A DNA stretch of 51,371 nt from an uncultured Candidatus Saccharibacteria bacterium (GTDB lineage: Bacteria; Patescibacteriota; Minisyncoccia; Phycocordibacterales; SW-6-46-9). The stretch spans positions 254,171 through 305,541 of the forward strand of contig CAZHOI010000001.1 of assembly GCA_964534365.1 (NCBI GenBank), in the 5' to 3' direction. The notes under the pieces were generated by a model. It made no database searches. It saw nothing but the letters and a program-made list of their open reading frames with translations, and was not told where the DNA came from. Shown here piece by piece: positions 28,669-38,999 of this stretch. The translations under genes and the position numbers were made by a program. Positions within the stretch are counted from its first letter, which is position 1; each line of letters starts with the position of its first letter.

Positions 28669-30504
28669 ATGAAATTAAATAAAAATATTTCAATCACTCT
28701 ATTATTGACTTTAGTTTATATTGGTGCAGTCAGCATAACGACAGCAGAAATTAATTATGCCACTATTGACGAAACTCACGGAGATGAAGTTTTCATCCAG
28801 TATCGTAGTCCAGATTTAAATAAAATCGATGATGGCAAGCGATTATACGCATGTAACATTGATAATCAAAAGTGCCGCAAAATCAGCGACGAAGATACTC
28901 GAATAATTGATGAAGATAAATTTATTAAAACAATTGCGGCCGTATATCCAGACACGGCAATTACCTCGTCCCCTAATGGGAAAATCAATGCAGCAATTAT
29001 ACCCACGCCAGACAATCAGTCAGCGGTTTTATTTCTAAGAGATGGTGGCACCTCCAACCTATATAAGTTGGAAAGATTAAATCCCAATAATATTGAAAAG
29101 TTAATACTTGGTAATAATAAAAAACTTACCGTCTTTACAAATAATCAAATTATGACAATCGGCTCTGGAGGTATTATTGTACGCTTTGACCTACCACCCG
29201 CCAGTGACTATCGATCGTATCAAACCAGCCTTAACGGAAGGGCTGCAGCTGTATTTAGCCCGAATTTAGAAAAACTCTTCGTCACCGATTCTGAAAACAA
29301 CCAACTTCATACTATTCCAGTAACTAATAGCTCACTTCCAGAGTTTTCTCCAAACGGTCAGTACATTATGTATATAAGAAGAGGTAATTTTGGTGAAATA
29401 AACGTGGCCCAACTTACTAATGCTGGCTTAGAAATACTTAATTCAAGTGTCAATGAAGCTGGGGTTTTAGCTGATTACCTTTGGTCAGGAAATAAACTGT
29501 ATTATGCCGGTAATACTATGAGAGACCCCTATGAATGGAATTTGTATTCTTACGATCCAGTAACTAATGGGGTTAAAGAGATTGATGAAGATTTCTCACG
29601 TAATGATTGGATGACAAGGATAGGCAATAAGCTTGCTTACCTAAAGGTTGACGAAGAAAATACAGATTTAGTAGTCATGGATGAGACTGGCAAACAAACT
29701 ATAGTTAGGCCACAAGAAATTAATATTTCGAATCGTCAGTCAATTGATCGCGAGGAAGTTGTAATTGAAAATCAATATTATGGAGTAGATCTAAAACAAC
29801 AATCGGATTCAATTCCTGAAACTTATATCATTTGGCTCCACGGAGGTCCGCAACGACAAACATCACTGAATTATCACCCTTTCTTCTCTTACGCGATTTA
29901 TGATCAAATACTTGAAAAATTAGTGGCAGAGAAAGGTTTAGGGGTGCTAAAGTTTGATTACCACGGATCATATGGCTATGGTCAACAATTTATTCAAGAA
30001 TTATATGGAAATATAGGCGTAAAGGATATTGATAGTGTAGACTTGGCAATTGATTATCTAAAAGATCAAGGGGTAGAGAACATCTTTATTATGGGAAACT
30101 CTCATGGTGGTTACCTAGCTATGAAGTCACTTTCAACATTAAATGAATCAATTGATGGTGCAATTTCGATTAATGGAGTTGACGACTGGATCAAGTTAAT
30201 CACCAGAACAGGTTTTCCTAGCACTTATTTTAACGGTGAACCTAATCTAGAGAATATAAGTCTATACCTTCAAGCAACCACATATTCTGATGTAGATAAA
30301 GTAGATGATCCAATTTTACTAATACATGGTGCAAATGACGAAACAGTGCCGGTGAGTTCATCTATTAGCTTTAATAACCATCTACAAAAACACGGCAAGC
30401 AATCTAAATTGGTAATAATTGAAAACGAAGGTCATATCTTTACCTTTAGAAATAGCCTCGATAGAATTTATAAGGAAGTTCAAAAGTTTGTTAATAGTAA
30501 CTAA
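28669..30504 (+). CDS. Secreted S9 (prolyl oligopeptidase-type) peptidase
   Basis: Signal peptide, propeller-like region, LHGGP, GNSHGG, DETVP, EGH. Confidence 0.9.
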   Translation: MKLNKNISITLLLTLVYIGAVSITTAEINYATIDETHGDEVFIQYRSPDLNKIDDGKRLYACNIDNQKCRKISDEDTRIIDEDKFIKTIAAVYPDTAITSSPNGKINAAIIPTPDNQSAVLFLRDGGTSNLYKLERLNPNNIEKLILGNNKKLTVFTNNQIMTIGSGGIIVRFDLPPASDYRSYQTSLNGRAAAVFSPNLEKLFVTDSENNQLHTIPVTNSSLPEFSPNGQYIMYIRRGNFGEINVAQLTNAGLEILNSSVNEAGVLADYLWSGNKLYYAGNTMRDPYEWNLYSYDPVTNGVKEIDEDFSRNDWMTRIGNKLAYLKVDEENTDLVVMDETGKQTIVRPQEINISNRQSIDREEVVIENQYYGVDLKQQSDSIPETYIIWLHGGPQRQTSLNYHPFFSYAIYDQILEKLVAEKGLGVLKFDYHGSYGYGQQFIQELYGNIGVKDIDSVDLAIDYLKDQGVENIFIMGNSHGGYLAMKSLSTLNESIDGAISINGVDDWIKLITRTGFPSTYFNGEPNLENISLYLQATTYSDVDKVDDPILLIHGANDETVPVSSSISFNNHLQKHGKQSKLVIIENEGHIFTFRNSLDRIYKEVQKFVNSN

Positions 30505-31250
30505 GTTTTTGCGGCAATTGACCAGAGATAATCAAAGTTATTATTATAACTCTCGACTACTGCTAAATTACCAATCTCAATTACAATCGGGTTTTTCCCC
30601 CACACCGACAACAAAACTCGGTTGGCGGTGATGTCATAGGCCGTTGGTCCAAAATAGGACTTGTCTAAAAATCTCAGCTCAAAATGCTTTAAATGATGGC
30701 CGCGATCTTGCTTTGCTTGTTCGAACGTATGCCGATCAATCAAAAATTTGGCTGTGATCCCCCGATCAATAATATTCTGATCAACTTCATTAAACAGATT
30801 TCGTAAGCTTTTAGGGTAATTATCAATTCCGCCATAAGATATTACCTTCATCTCATTTATTCCTTCGTCCGTTATTAACTCCCTCATCGCCTTTTTAAAA
30901 GCTCGTTTGCCGTGATGTAGATTTGTATCGTACTTGGTGGATCTACTTTCGGTGATTACTTTTTTAATTTCTTGATTTGCAGCTTGTAAACCCGTTAAAT
31001 TTTCGAAGGTTTTGTCAATCAACCCAGTAAGGTCTTGGGGCGAATAGTATCTAACATTATTTCTTACTTGATAGGTAATCAACCCATCAGCCAATAAATG
31101 CTTCAGCGATTCATAGGTCTGTGAACTCACAACGTTTGATTCTTTTATTATCTTTCCTGACTTAGCCTCGCCTAGATTCAAAATAGCCTCATAAACTTTT
31201 ATGTCATTAAAACTCAATCCTAAATTACGCAAAAAATTCATAACGTACAT
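30501..31250 (-). CDS. TrmB-family transcriptional regulator
   Basis: LRNLGLSFNDIKVYEAIL...YESLKHLLADGLI wHTH; C-terminal FDYLW; start may be the second ATG. Confidence 0.85.
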   Translation of the reverse strand: MYVMNFLRNLGLSFNDIKVYEAILNLGEAKSGKIIKESNVVSSQTYESLKHLLADGLITYQVRNNVRYYSPQDLTGLIDKTFENLTGLQAANQEIKKVITESRSTKYDTNLHHGKRAFKKAMRELITDEGINEMKVISYGGIDNYPKSLRNLFNEVDQNIIDRGITAKFLIDRHTFEQAKQDRGHHLKHFELRFLDKSYFGPTAYDITANRVLLSVWGKNPIVIEIGNLAVVESYNNNFDYLWSIAAKT

Positions 31251-31373
31251 ACTCTCCCAAAAATTAGAGTTTTACGCAAGCTTAATATTAGTTTATAAAT
31301 TCCTCGGACGCCATCTCGGTGCCTGTTCCATCTCCCTCGTCGACCGCGAGAATATAAATAAAGGCATAAATCT

Positions 31374-31628
31374 ATGTCTCAATCCCAAAATCTTAAAGAG
31401 GCTGTTTGTAAGCTGTATAAATTACAACAAAGGAGAAAAGAGGTGTTAGAGCCTATTGATAGTGAGATTAAAAAACTAAATTCAGAAGTAAATGGTATTA
31501 GATTTCGCTGCAAACATGAAATTATCGAGTTGTTTCCTGCTGGCACGGGCTTGGATGGCCTAGCTCAGATCAGATATTATATGTGTCATAAATGCTTTCT
31601 TTCAAGCACTACTAACCCGCGTCATTGA
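31374..31628 (+). CDS. Small orphan with coiled coil and CxH...CxxC
   Basis: 84 aa; RCKHE...MCHKC. Confidence 0.6.
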   Translation: MSQSQNLKEAVCKLYKLQQRRKEVLEPIDSEIKKLNSEVNGIRFRCKHEIIELFPAGTGLDGLAQIRYYMCHKCFLSSTTNPRH

Positions 31629-31756
31629 TAAGTTCGAAAACTTGCAATGTTATAGGGCAAGGACTGCAAACTTGCCTACCTTTTACAGTAATTAATTTTG
31701 ATTGATTATTGTTAGGGTTAAAAAATCTAATACGCCTAATGATTAAAACTGTCATT

Positions 31757-31786
31757 TACACTATGGCGATATATCGCCATAGTGTA
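31757..31786. repeat. Perfect 30-bp palindrome downstream of the TrpR-like gene
   Basis: TACACTATGGCGATATATCGCCATAGTGTA. Confidence 0.9.
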
Positions 31787-31837
31787 TTTACCTGATATAT
31801 CAGCTAGTTTAAAATAATCTCAAATAACTACTTACTT

Positions 31838-32269
31838 TTATTTAAATTTGTTTTGCTTATCTCGTTGCAACTGTTGCCACTCGTCCAATGGCAGCCACTT
31901 TTTTCTAATGAAAGCTCGCTTGGGTAATGCTCCACCAGCTGTTAATATTCCTTCAATCACATCAAGTATCCCACTTCGATTTGACTGCTTTTCCCAGTAG
32001 CTAATTAAATTACTAAAATCCCCCTGCCATAATTGTTTTTGCAGTCGCCTGACCGTGGAACCACTTACCTTGAGTGTATTAATGATGTAATAACTTGATT
32101 CCCCTATTCGTAGAAGGTAAATAATACTAATTCGCTTAGCCAGCATTATTTTTTCAGTTTCAGTTAATATCTCTGCTTGTAAAGGTGATTTAGATAAAGT
32201 TCGCCTCAATTCTTCATTTGCGATTCTATTAATCTTTTGACCCATTTTGTGTTTTGAAACATGAGGCAT
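31838..32269 (-). CDS. TrpR/YerC-like HTH protein
   Basis: MPHVSK start 7 nt after TATAAT; ILTETEKIMLAKR...SSYYIINTLKVSGSTVRR Trp-repressor-like pattern. Confidence 0.8.
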   Translation of the reverse strand: MPHVSKHKMGQKINRIANEELRRTLSKSPLQAEILTETEKIMLAKRISIIYLLRIGESSYYIINTLKVSGSTVRRLQKQLWQGDFSNLISYWEKQSNRSGILDVIEGILTAGGALPKRAFIRKKWLPLDEWQQLQRDKQNKFK

Positions 32270-32288
32270 ATATACAATTATATCAGTA

Positions 32289-32308
32289 TATAGCGATATA
32301 TCGCCATA
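32289..32308. repeat. Second copy of the palindrome, in the promoter of the TrpR-like gene
   Basis: TATAGCGATATATCGCCATA, 19/20 identical to the core of 31757-31786. Confidence 0.85.
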
Positions 32309-32475
32309 CATTTAATGTACTGAACTTGTATTCATATTTAAAATTTAGCTAAAAACATTTACCTCTAGACTGATCAAAGTAAGAGGTTTTTTGTAAGGTT
32401 CAAAGAATAATTCTTGTAAGACTCGACTCCGGACTTGGCCGCGGGTGAGTATTCAAAAAGGATTTATTACTCGGC

Positions 32476-33309
32476 TTAGCTTAGGCTCAATACTGACAGA
32501 TCAAGGGTTTGGCCGGTGAAGATCAGATCCTCGTCGCCTGAAGTTAATCCCAGGTCATCATAATCGCCAGTATTTAAGTTTTGCAGCGCAGTCGCTGCTT
32601 GTGCATCTGTATAATCAAGTTCTGTCTTCATAATATTCCACAAATTATCTCCAGATTTAACCACATAACTATCGATAGTCATATCAGAGTCATTTACAGC
32701 ATCTTCAGTACTGCCGCCAATGTCGGCTATATCATTATCATCTTCGTTATCGCCACCAAATAAATTACTAAAGAACTGGGACACACGGCCAGGTCGGCTT
32801 TGTTCAGTATCAATTTCGGTCTCGGCCTCTATGCTGTCGGCTAACTCTTCTTCTACTTCGTCAGTTAATTCTTCGCTTTCGATTTCTACCTCCTTTTGCT
32901 CATCACCAGAAACATTTATTTCCACCTCGGAATCTTCAGAAGTTAAGGTGTCAATCAGCTCTTCGCGGGCACTAGGGTCAGTTCCCTGTAAAAAATTCTC
33001 TACCCCGCTTCTAATTTCTTCGGGGGTTACACCAGCTAGCAAATCAGTTTGGGTCAATTGTTCGGTCACCTCATCCAAAACCGCTTCATCGTTTTCGATC
33101 GGCACGGCAATTTCGTCTTCGTCTTCTAAAGTTACTATTTCTTCTTCGGTCAATTCATCATTGGTAGTGGTCAACAAATCTTCGTCTTGTTGAGTTAATT
33201 GTGAAGTGTCGAGTTCGCTATTACTAGTGGGGCCAGCAAAAGCAAAAAAGGCGAGTAATACAAACCCTAGCACTGCAAAAGCTCCTAATATTGTATCGGT
33301 TGATTTCAT
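32476..33309 (-). CDS. Very acidic membrane-anchored protein with C-terminal LysM domain
   Basis: N-terminal TM; YVVKSGDNLWNI...LIFTGQTL. Confidence 0.85.
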   Translation of the reverse strand: MKSTDTILGAFAVLGFVLLAFFAFAGPTSNSELDTSQLTQQDEDLLTTTNDELTEEEIVTLEDEDEIAVPIENDEAVLDEVTEQLTQTDLLAGVTPEEIRSGVENFLQGTDPSAREELIDTLTSEDSEVEINVSGDEQKEVEIESEELTDEVEEELADSIEAETEIDTEQSRPGRVSQFFSNLFGGDNEDDNDIADIGGSTEDAVNDSDMTIDSYVVKSGDNLWNIMKTELDYTDAQAATALQNLNTGDYDDLGLTSGDEDLIFTGQTLDLSVLSLS

Positions 33310-33496
33310 ATACTAACTAATGTAGAAAAAGCTATAAGACATTGCCACGTCTTTTAGCTAAATTGACCTTTAATTCAGCGATAAACCGCTATAAATGGCG
33401 GTTTATATCACTTTTGGCTGATCCACATAGGGGTAGCAATTACTTGCCCGAATTAGCGCTTATTAAAATAAAATTATAAAAAAATCAGCTTTTAAA

Positions 33497-33606
33497 GTTG
33501 GCACCTACCTACTCTCCCGCGTGACGCAGTACCATCGGCTCTGGAGGGCTTAACTGCCGGGTTCGGAATGGGACCGGGTGTTTCCCCTCTGACAAAGTAC
33601 CAACTT
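33497..33606 (-). rRNA. rrf: 5S rRNA
   Basis: Reverse strand has ACACCCGGTCCCATTCCGAACCCGGCAGTTAAG, GCCGATGGTACT and GAGAGTAGGT; flanked by a perfect 19-bp stem (33483-33501/33600-33618). Ends approximate. Confidence 0.95.
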
Positions 33607-33746
33607 TAAAAGCTGATTAATATTAAAGGCCCATCCAACCTCTGAGTGTGAACCAGTTCAAGGCACAAGGCCTGGTCACCAGTTCACACTTAGAAGCTAG
33701 ATCTAGTTACGTTCGACAATTCCGCAAGTTGGGATTATCTCACTAG

Positions 33747-33802
33747 GGCATAGATTTATCTTTTTAACGCTTTTAACAATTGTGTAAAAGAAATCTATTA
33801 GC
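33747..33802 (-). repeat. GCTAATAGA...TCTATGCC motif copy in the 23S-5S spacer
   Basis: GGCATAGATTTATCTTT...AAAGAAATCTATTAGC on +; long-loop form like the rplK copy. Confidence 0.8.
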
Positions 33803-34005
33803 CAAGCCTCGAAAATCATTATGAATACGAATGTGAATTATCAAATCCCTTGGTTTGACTTTCGTCTCGCTAGGGATCAATAGCAATAGCATTTGAGAAC
33901 CAAATCCTTTGATTCGATACTTACGTATCTTACTCGGGACAAGTAAATAATTATAGTAGGTACTCTACTTTCGCTTTAAAATTTTAGAAAATTTATAAAG
34001 CTTAT

Positions 34006-34032
34006 GGCATAGATTTTTAAAAATCTATTAGC
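34006..34032 (-). repeat. Motif copy just 3' of the 23S
   Basis: GGCATAGATTTTTAAAAATCTATTAGC, adjacent to the same AAAATTTTAGAAAATTT hairpin seen in rplK and rpsG leaders. Confidence 0.85.
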
Positions 34033-34311
34033 ATTTACTTTCGAGTAAATACTTGTTTTGCCGTAGAAAGTAGATTGACCTGATGCGCACTTTTCCTACA
34101 AAGAAGCATGTGCGTCGACGAATTAGTACGCCACGGCTCAATACATTACTGTACTTCCACCTAGCGCCTATCAACCTGATCATCTCTCAGGGGTCTCAAA
34201 CGATATCTAATCTTGGAGGCGGCTTCGGACTTAGATGCTTTCAGCCCTTATCCGGTCCGAACATAGCTACTCGGCGGTGCCACTGGCGTGACAGCCGATA
34301 GACCAGAGGTT

Positions 34312-34343
<32 letters not shown>

Positions 34344-34382
34344 CTCTCCTCAAATATCAACGCCTACAGTAGATCAAGACCA

Positions 34383-34419
<37 letters not shown>

Positions 34420-34420
34420 T

Positions 34421-34454
<34 letters not shown>

Positions 34455-34530
34455 TCTCCAGCCCCAGGATGAGATGAGCCGACATCGAGGTGCCGAACAC
34501 CGCCGTCGCTCTGGACGCTTAGGCGGTACC

Positions 34531-34561
<31 letters not shown>

Positions 34562-35051
34562 GTGATCTCGAGCACCATCTGAAGGTTACTCTCGGTTCAC
34601 TAAGCTCTGCTTTCGCACCTGCTTGCGCTGTCACGCTCGCAGTCAAGCCGACTTATGCCCTTACACTATCGTCACGGTTTCCATCCGCAACTAGTCGACC
34701 TTTAGGCTCCTCCGTTACTCTTTAGGAGGAGAGCGCCCCACTCAAACTACCCAGCACAGTATGTCCCGATACGTTTTTGCCGTATAGGTTAGAATCTACA
34801 GAAGACAGGGGGAGTATCTCACTGGCGGCTCCAGTTCAGCTAGCGCTGAACCTTCAAAGCCTCCTCCCTATGCTGCACAAGCCCTCCATAGACCCAAACT
34901 GAACCTGTAGTAAAGCTCCCGGGGTCTTTTCGTCCCACTGCAGGTAACCGGCATCTTCACCGGTATAGCATTTTCACCGAGCTCTTCCTCGAGACAGTTC
35001 TCCAGTCGTTACGCCATTCGTGCACGTCGGAACTTACCCGACAAGGAATTA

Positions 35052-35090
<39 letters not shown>

Positions 35091-35113
35091 CGGGGCTTAT
35101 ATAGCCCAGCCCA

Positions 35114-35227
35114 ACAACACGCGAAGCACGTGTTGACAAACAACCAACTACAAACAACTTACGACAATTGGTTTTTGTCGTAAGTGGTAAGTTGTTAGTG
35201 GTAAGTAAACACATGTTCCATGTGTTG
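35114..35227 (-). other. 23S insertion, about helix 68
   Basis: Non-conserved ~114 nt with terminal AACAC/GTGTT hairpins and 7-nt-periodic arms. Confidence 0.8.
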
Positions 35228-35351
35228 CAGGACCGTCCATACTTAACCTTCCGGCATTGGTCAGGCGTCACCCCCTATACAGCCTCTTTCGAGTTCGCAG
35301 GGAGCTGTGTTTTTGGTAAACAGTCGCCAGAGAATCTTTAGCTGCGGCCCA

Positions 35352-35473
35352 GGTATCACGCTAGGCGTGATACACGGATAACTAATGACTCGGACTTATA
35401 ACCGGCACCATTTTGCTTGGGTTATAGGTTATTGTTATCAGTTACTCGTTAGTATCACACGCAGTGTGATACC
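35352..35473 (-). other. 23S insertion, about helix 63
   Basis: GTATCAC..GTGATAC hairpins at both ends; shares 24 identical nt with the helix-45 insertion. Confidence 0.8.
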
Positions 35474-36005
35474 CAGGCAGACCTTATCCCGAAGTTACGG
35501 TCGCTTTTTTGCCGAGTTCCTTGAGGAAGAATCACTCGTTCGCCTTGGTCTACTCGACCTGAACACCTGTGTTGGTTTGCGGTACGGACAATACAAATTT
35601 ATGCTTAGAAGTTTTTCTCGGCTAATTGCTCACTAGTTTTAGATCACCTAAAAGGCTCACGTCATGACATGCGTTGCGGTATATGGTATCCGGATTTGCC
35701 TAAATACCCCACTTCAGCTGCCAACCCCAATCCAATAAGGGGCACTAGCTACTAATCAGCGTCACTCCATCGCAACTTGCATTGGCCAGGGAATATTAAC
35801 CCTGTGTCCATCGCCTCCCCCTTTAGGGATCGGCTTAGGCCCGGCTAACCCGACTCTGATTAACATCGAATCGGAAACCTGGTTCTTTCGGCGTGTGGGA
35901 ATCTCACCCACATTGCGGTTACTCGTGCCAACATTCTCTCTTGTATCCGCTCCACCCCCGCTTACGCGTTAGGCTTCGGCGCTGAATACAATGCTCTCCT
36001 ACCAC

Positions 36006-36145
36006 TAGCGCACCTCACTCAAGTTCGGTTCGCTAACTAATAACTTATAACTTGAACTTATAACCGGCACCATTTTGCTATTTGGTTTTATTATTAGTCA
36101 TTGTTATCAGTTATTAGTTGCATCGAACCTCAGTGAGATGCACTA
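36006..36145 (-). other. 23S insertion, about helix 45
   Basis: Closing stem GCACCTCACT/AGTGAGATGC; TAAC-periodic arms. Confidence 0.8.
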
Positions 36146-36764
36146 ATCCGCAGTTTCGGTACTACACTTAGCCCCGATCATCTTCGGCGCGAAGTCCCTG
36201 AATCAGTGAGCTGTTACGCTATCTTTAACAGGTGGCTGCTTCTAAGCCAACTGCCTGATTGTCTATGGAACTTCACCTCCTTCATTGCACTTAGTGTAGA
36301 TTTAGGGACCTTAACTAGCGATCTGGGCTGTTTCCCTTTTGACCTGCGGAGCTTAGCCCCCGCGGTCTGACTCCCATGTTCTTGACCTCTCGGTATTCGG
36401 AGTTTGATTGGTCTAACGAGCTTGCGCCCTATTTAGACCATCCAGTGCTCTACCCCCGGAGGGAACACATGAGGCTAGTCCTAAAACTATTTCGGAGAGA
36501 ACCAGCTATTACCAGGCTCGATTAGCTTTTCACTGCTATCCACAGCTCATCCCCTCGCTTTGAACGACGAGTGGGTGCGGGCCTCCAGCGACATCTCTGT
36601 CGCCTTCACCCTGGCCATGGATAGATCGCCTGGTTTCGGGTCCGATACTTACGACGTTAATTTTCGCGCTTTCACACTTGCTTTCGCTCTGGCTCCAGAC
36701 CTTTTAGCCTTTAGCCCGCCATAAATATCGACTCGTTGGCTCATTCTTCAATAGGCACGCCGTC

Positions 36765-36872
36765 GAGGACATCACGCTACGCGCGATTGTCAAATAACAC
36801 ATATCATGGAGCAAATTGTTCCATGTTTTATGATTTGTGCTTTATGGCTATCACCCACAGGGTGATGCCCTC
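36765..36872 (-). other. 23S insertion, about helix 25
   Basis: ATCAC/GTGAT ends; 55/60 identity with the 37177-37291 insertion. Confidence 0.8.
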
Positions 36873-36923
36873 TCCGACTCCTTGTAGACACACGGTTTCA
36901 GGTCTATTTCACTCCCTTTGCCA

Positions 36924-36965
<42 letters not shown>

Positions 36966-37176
36966 ATCTCTAAAGATATTTAGCCTTACCAGTCAGTACT
37001 GGCAGATTCCTCCCGGCTATTCATGTCCGGAAGTACTCAGGAACAGAGACTATAGAGTTCTCGTAATTTCGCATACAGGACTATCACCCTCTATGGTTAA
37101 CCTTTCCAGGTTATTTTGCTATCACGAGAATTTGTAACTCTACCTACGTGAACGCAGAGTCTCTGCCCTACAACCC

Positions 37177-37291
37177 CGACGCATCACGCGAAGCATGATG
37201 CTCATGTAGCACATAACACGTATCTTGGAGCAAATTGTTCCATGTTTTATGATTTATGCTTCATGGCGATCACATTCCATGTGATGCGCCG
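37177..37291 (-). other. 23S insertion, about helix 16-18 region
   Basis: GCATCAC/GTGATGC ends with terminal hairpins. Confidence 0.8.
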
Positions 37292-37633
37292 GTTTGGGCT
37301 CTTCCCGTTTCGCTCGCCGCTACTCGGGGAATCGATTTTTCTTTCTATTCCTCTTGGTACTGAGATGTTTCACTTCCCAAGGTCAGCTTCCCGATGACTT
37401 ATGCATCGGAATTACGAGGTTTTACCTCGTAGGGTTTCCCCATTCGGAAATCCCGGGGTAAGTTTGTTAGGCAACTAACCCGGGCTTATCGCAGCCGTAC
37501 CACGTCCTTCATCGCTCTTTAGAGTCAAGGCATCCGCCGTGTGCCCTTAGTCGCAGACACTTCCTTATAGGAAAGCTGCGCACCAAGTCTTTTCTACACT
37601 CAACGATCCCGCTAGTCGGGATTGTTTCGTTAT

Positions 37634-37661
37634 GGCATAGAAATCAGTGATTTCTATTAGC
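37634..37661 (-). repeat. Motif copy in the pre-23S leader
   Basis: GGCATAGAAATCAGTGATTTCTATTAGC on +. Confidence 0.85.
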
Positions 37662-37774
37662 GCACATAGACCAGTTGAGTGTAAAAATTTGATCGCTCCG
37701 CCTAGGGCGGAACTTGTAACACTACAATTATTTTCTACTTCCGCTTGGCAAAATTTAATTTTGCCGGCGCTTAT

Positions 37775-37803
37775 GGCATAGATTCTTTGGAGAATCTATT
37801 AGC
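37775..37803 (-). repeat. Motif copy in the pre-23S leader
   Basis: GGCATAGATTCTTTGGAGAATCTATTAGC on +. Confidence 0.85.
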
Positions 37804-38189
37804 CGCAACGCTTTTTAACGAAAGTGGTGATTCTGATACTTTTATAAAAAAATGTATCAAAAATTAAATGCTTTTGCTTTTGAGACGTTATCGATTCAAA
37901 TGAATCGAACATTTTTGTTTGGTTGCCCCTCCCTCAGGCTGAGTGAGGGGCGGATAACAAGATGTCGTGCTAAATTAATTAAAATTAATCGCACGTAACG
38001 TTTGTCATCCCGACATTTCGTCGGGACAAACGTTGATATTCTCATTCGTATTCAATTGTCAATGATCTCCCCGTGATTGCAGAAGCTAATGAAAACGACC
38101 GCGGCAAGCGGTCGTTGGTCAGTCTTGAAGACTTACCGTTAACTACTTGTCAGTTGTTTTCTTGTAATCTTCTTTAACACGTGGGTGAT

Positions 38190-38218
38190 AATATAACCGA
38201 TGCCAATTTATAAGTCAA
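38190..38218 (-). promoter_or_regulatory. Likely sigma70 promoter of the 23S-5S transcript
   Basis: TTGACT-17 nt-TATATT on the minus strand; boxA-like GATCATTGACAATTGAATA at about 38068-38049. Confidence 0.7.
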
Positions 38219-38366
38219 ACATTTAGTAAAAATTCTTATATCTTGCCTTGTTTAGCTTCAAAAATTATTGTATTATCACTTTGAACTCACACGCAAGTTG
38301 CCGCATTAATAGCAGTGCGAGCTTGCCCTTTTCACCCCCCCCAACTACCGCCTCGGCGGCAAAATC

Positions 38367-38930
38367 ATGTATGACCCTGAGAAAAACCAGGTCAGAGTAA
38401 CTACTCTTGAAGCCGCACAGTATCAAGACTTACTACGACAAGGTTTGTTGCGAAAAAAGGCTTGGGACATTGCCCGGCTTGTTAAATTATACCGAGAAGA
38501 AAAACCTATTCCTGTAGGTCAATTTTATGAACTTATTACTAGTCATGAAAATCTTCTATTTAAAGTGTTTATTGCAGGAATGTTATCAGGTATCGCATTG
38601 GCAACAATCCTATTTACACTAGGCTACCAAAACCTAGCATGGACCGCTGTTCTTATCGCTATTGCATTTTTATGCTGTTACATGCTTTTGATAATGGCTT
38701 TTTCATTAATTTATAAAGCCATAGAAGAAGACCTTAAAGACATCAGGAAAACCAAACCTGTTTCTGTTGACGAGATACTAGAAGATCTGGCTAAACTCTT
38801 TGAGCAACAAAGTGAAGATGCTTGGCATGAGTCTCAGCGATTGCAATTGGTTGTAGAGGACGAAAGAGAAAGGTTTCGCATCTGTAATGACCTCTCAGTA
38901 ATGATTGAAGAAGAACTCAAACAGGCATAG
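38367..38930 (+). CDS. Orphan two-TM membrane protein
   Basis: 187 aa, two central TMs, coiled-coil-like C terminus; structured C-rich leader. Confidence 0.75.
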   Translation: MYDPEKNQVRVTTLEAAQYQDLLRQGLLRKKAWDIARLVKLYREEKPIPVGQFYELITSHENLLFKVFIAGMLSGIALATILFTLGYQNLAWTAVLIAIAFLCCYMLLIMAFSLIYKAIEEDLKDIRKTKPVSVDEILEDLAKLFEQQSEDAWHESQRLQLVVEDERERFRICNDLSVMIEEELKQA

Positions 38931-38999
38931 TTATGGTTGAGGCTATCGAGAATTGGGACACTGCTAGCTTTCGAGTTAGCACCTCCCTCTCCTCGGTTT

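Noticed and set aside
31362-31376. GGCATAAATCTATG before ORF 31374, and AAAATCTATGCT near 40637
   Set aside because: Only half of the bulged-hairpin motif with no partner arm; not counted.
32720-33193. 157-aa Ser-rich + strand ORF and similar antisense ORFs over argS, glyA, secD and fusA
   Set aside because: Antisense shadows of well-supported genes.
33845-33940. Two degenerate AAATCC.TTG.TT.GA...CTC...GGA hairpins in the 23S-5S spacer
   Set aside because: Resemble generic REP-like hairpins but are too degenerate to define a family from two copies.
37561-38180. tRNA or 16S remnant upstream of the 23S
   Set aside because: No cloverleaf with T-loop GTTCRA and no 16S 3'-end motifs found by eye.
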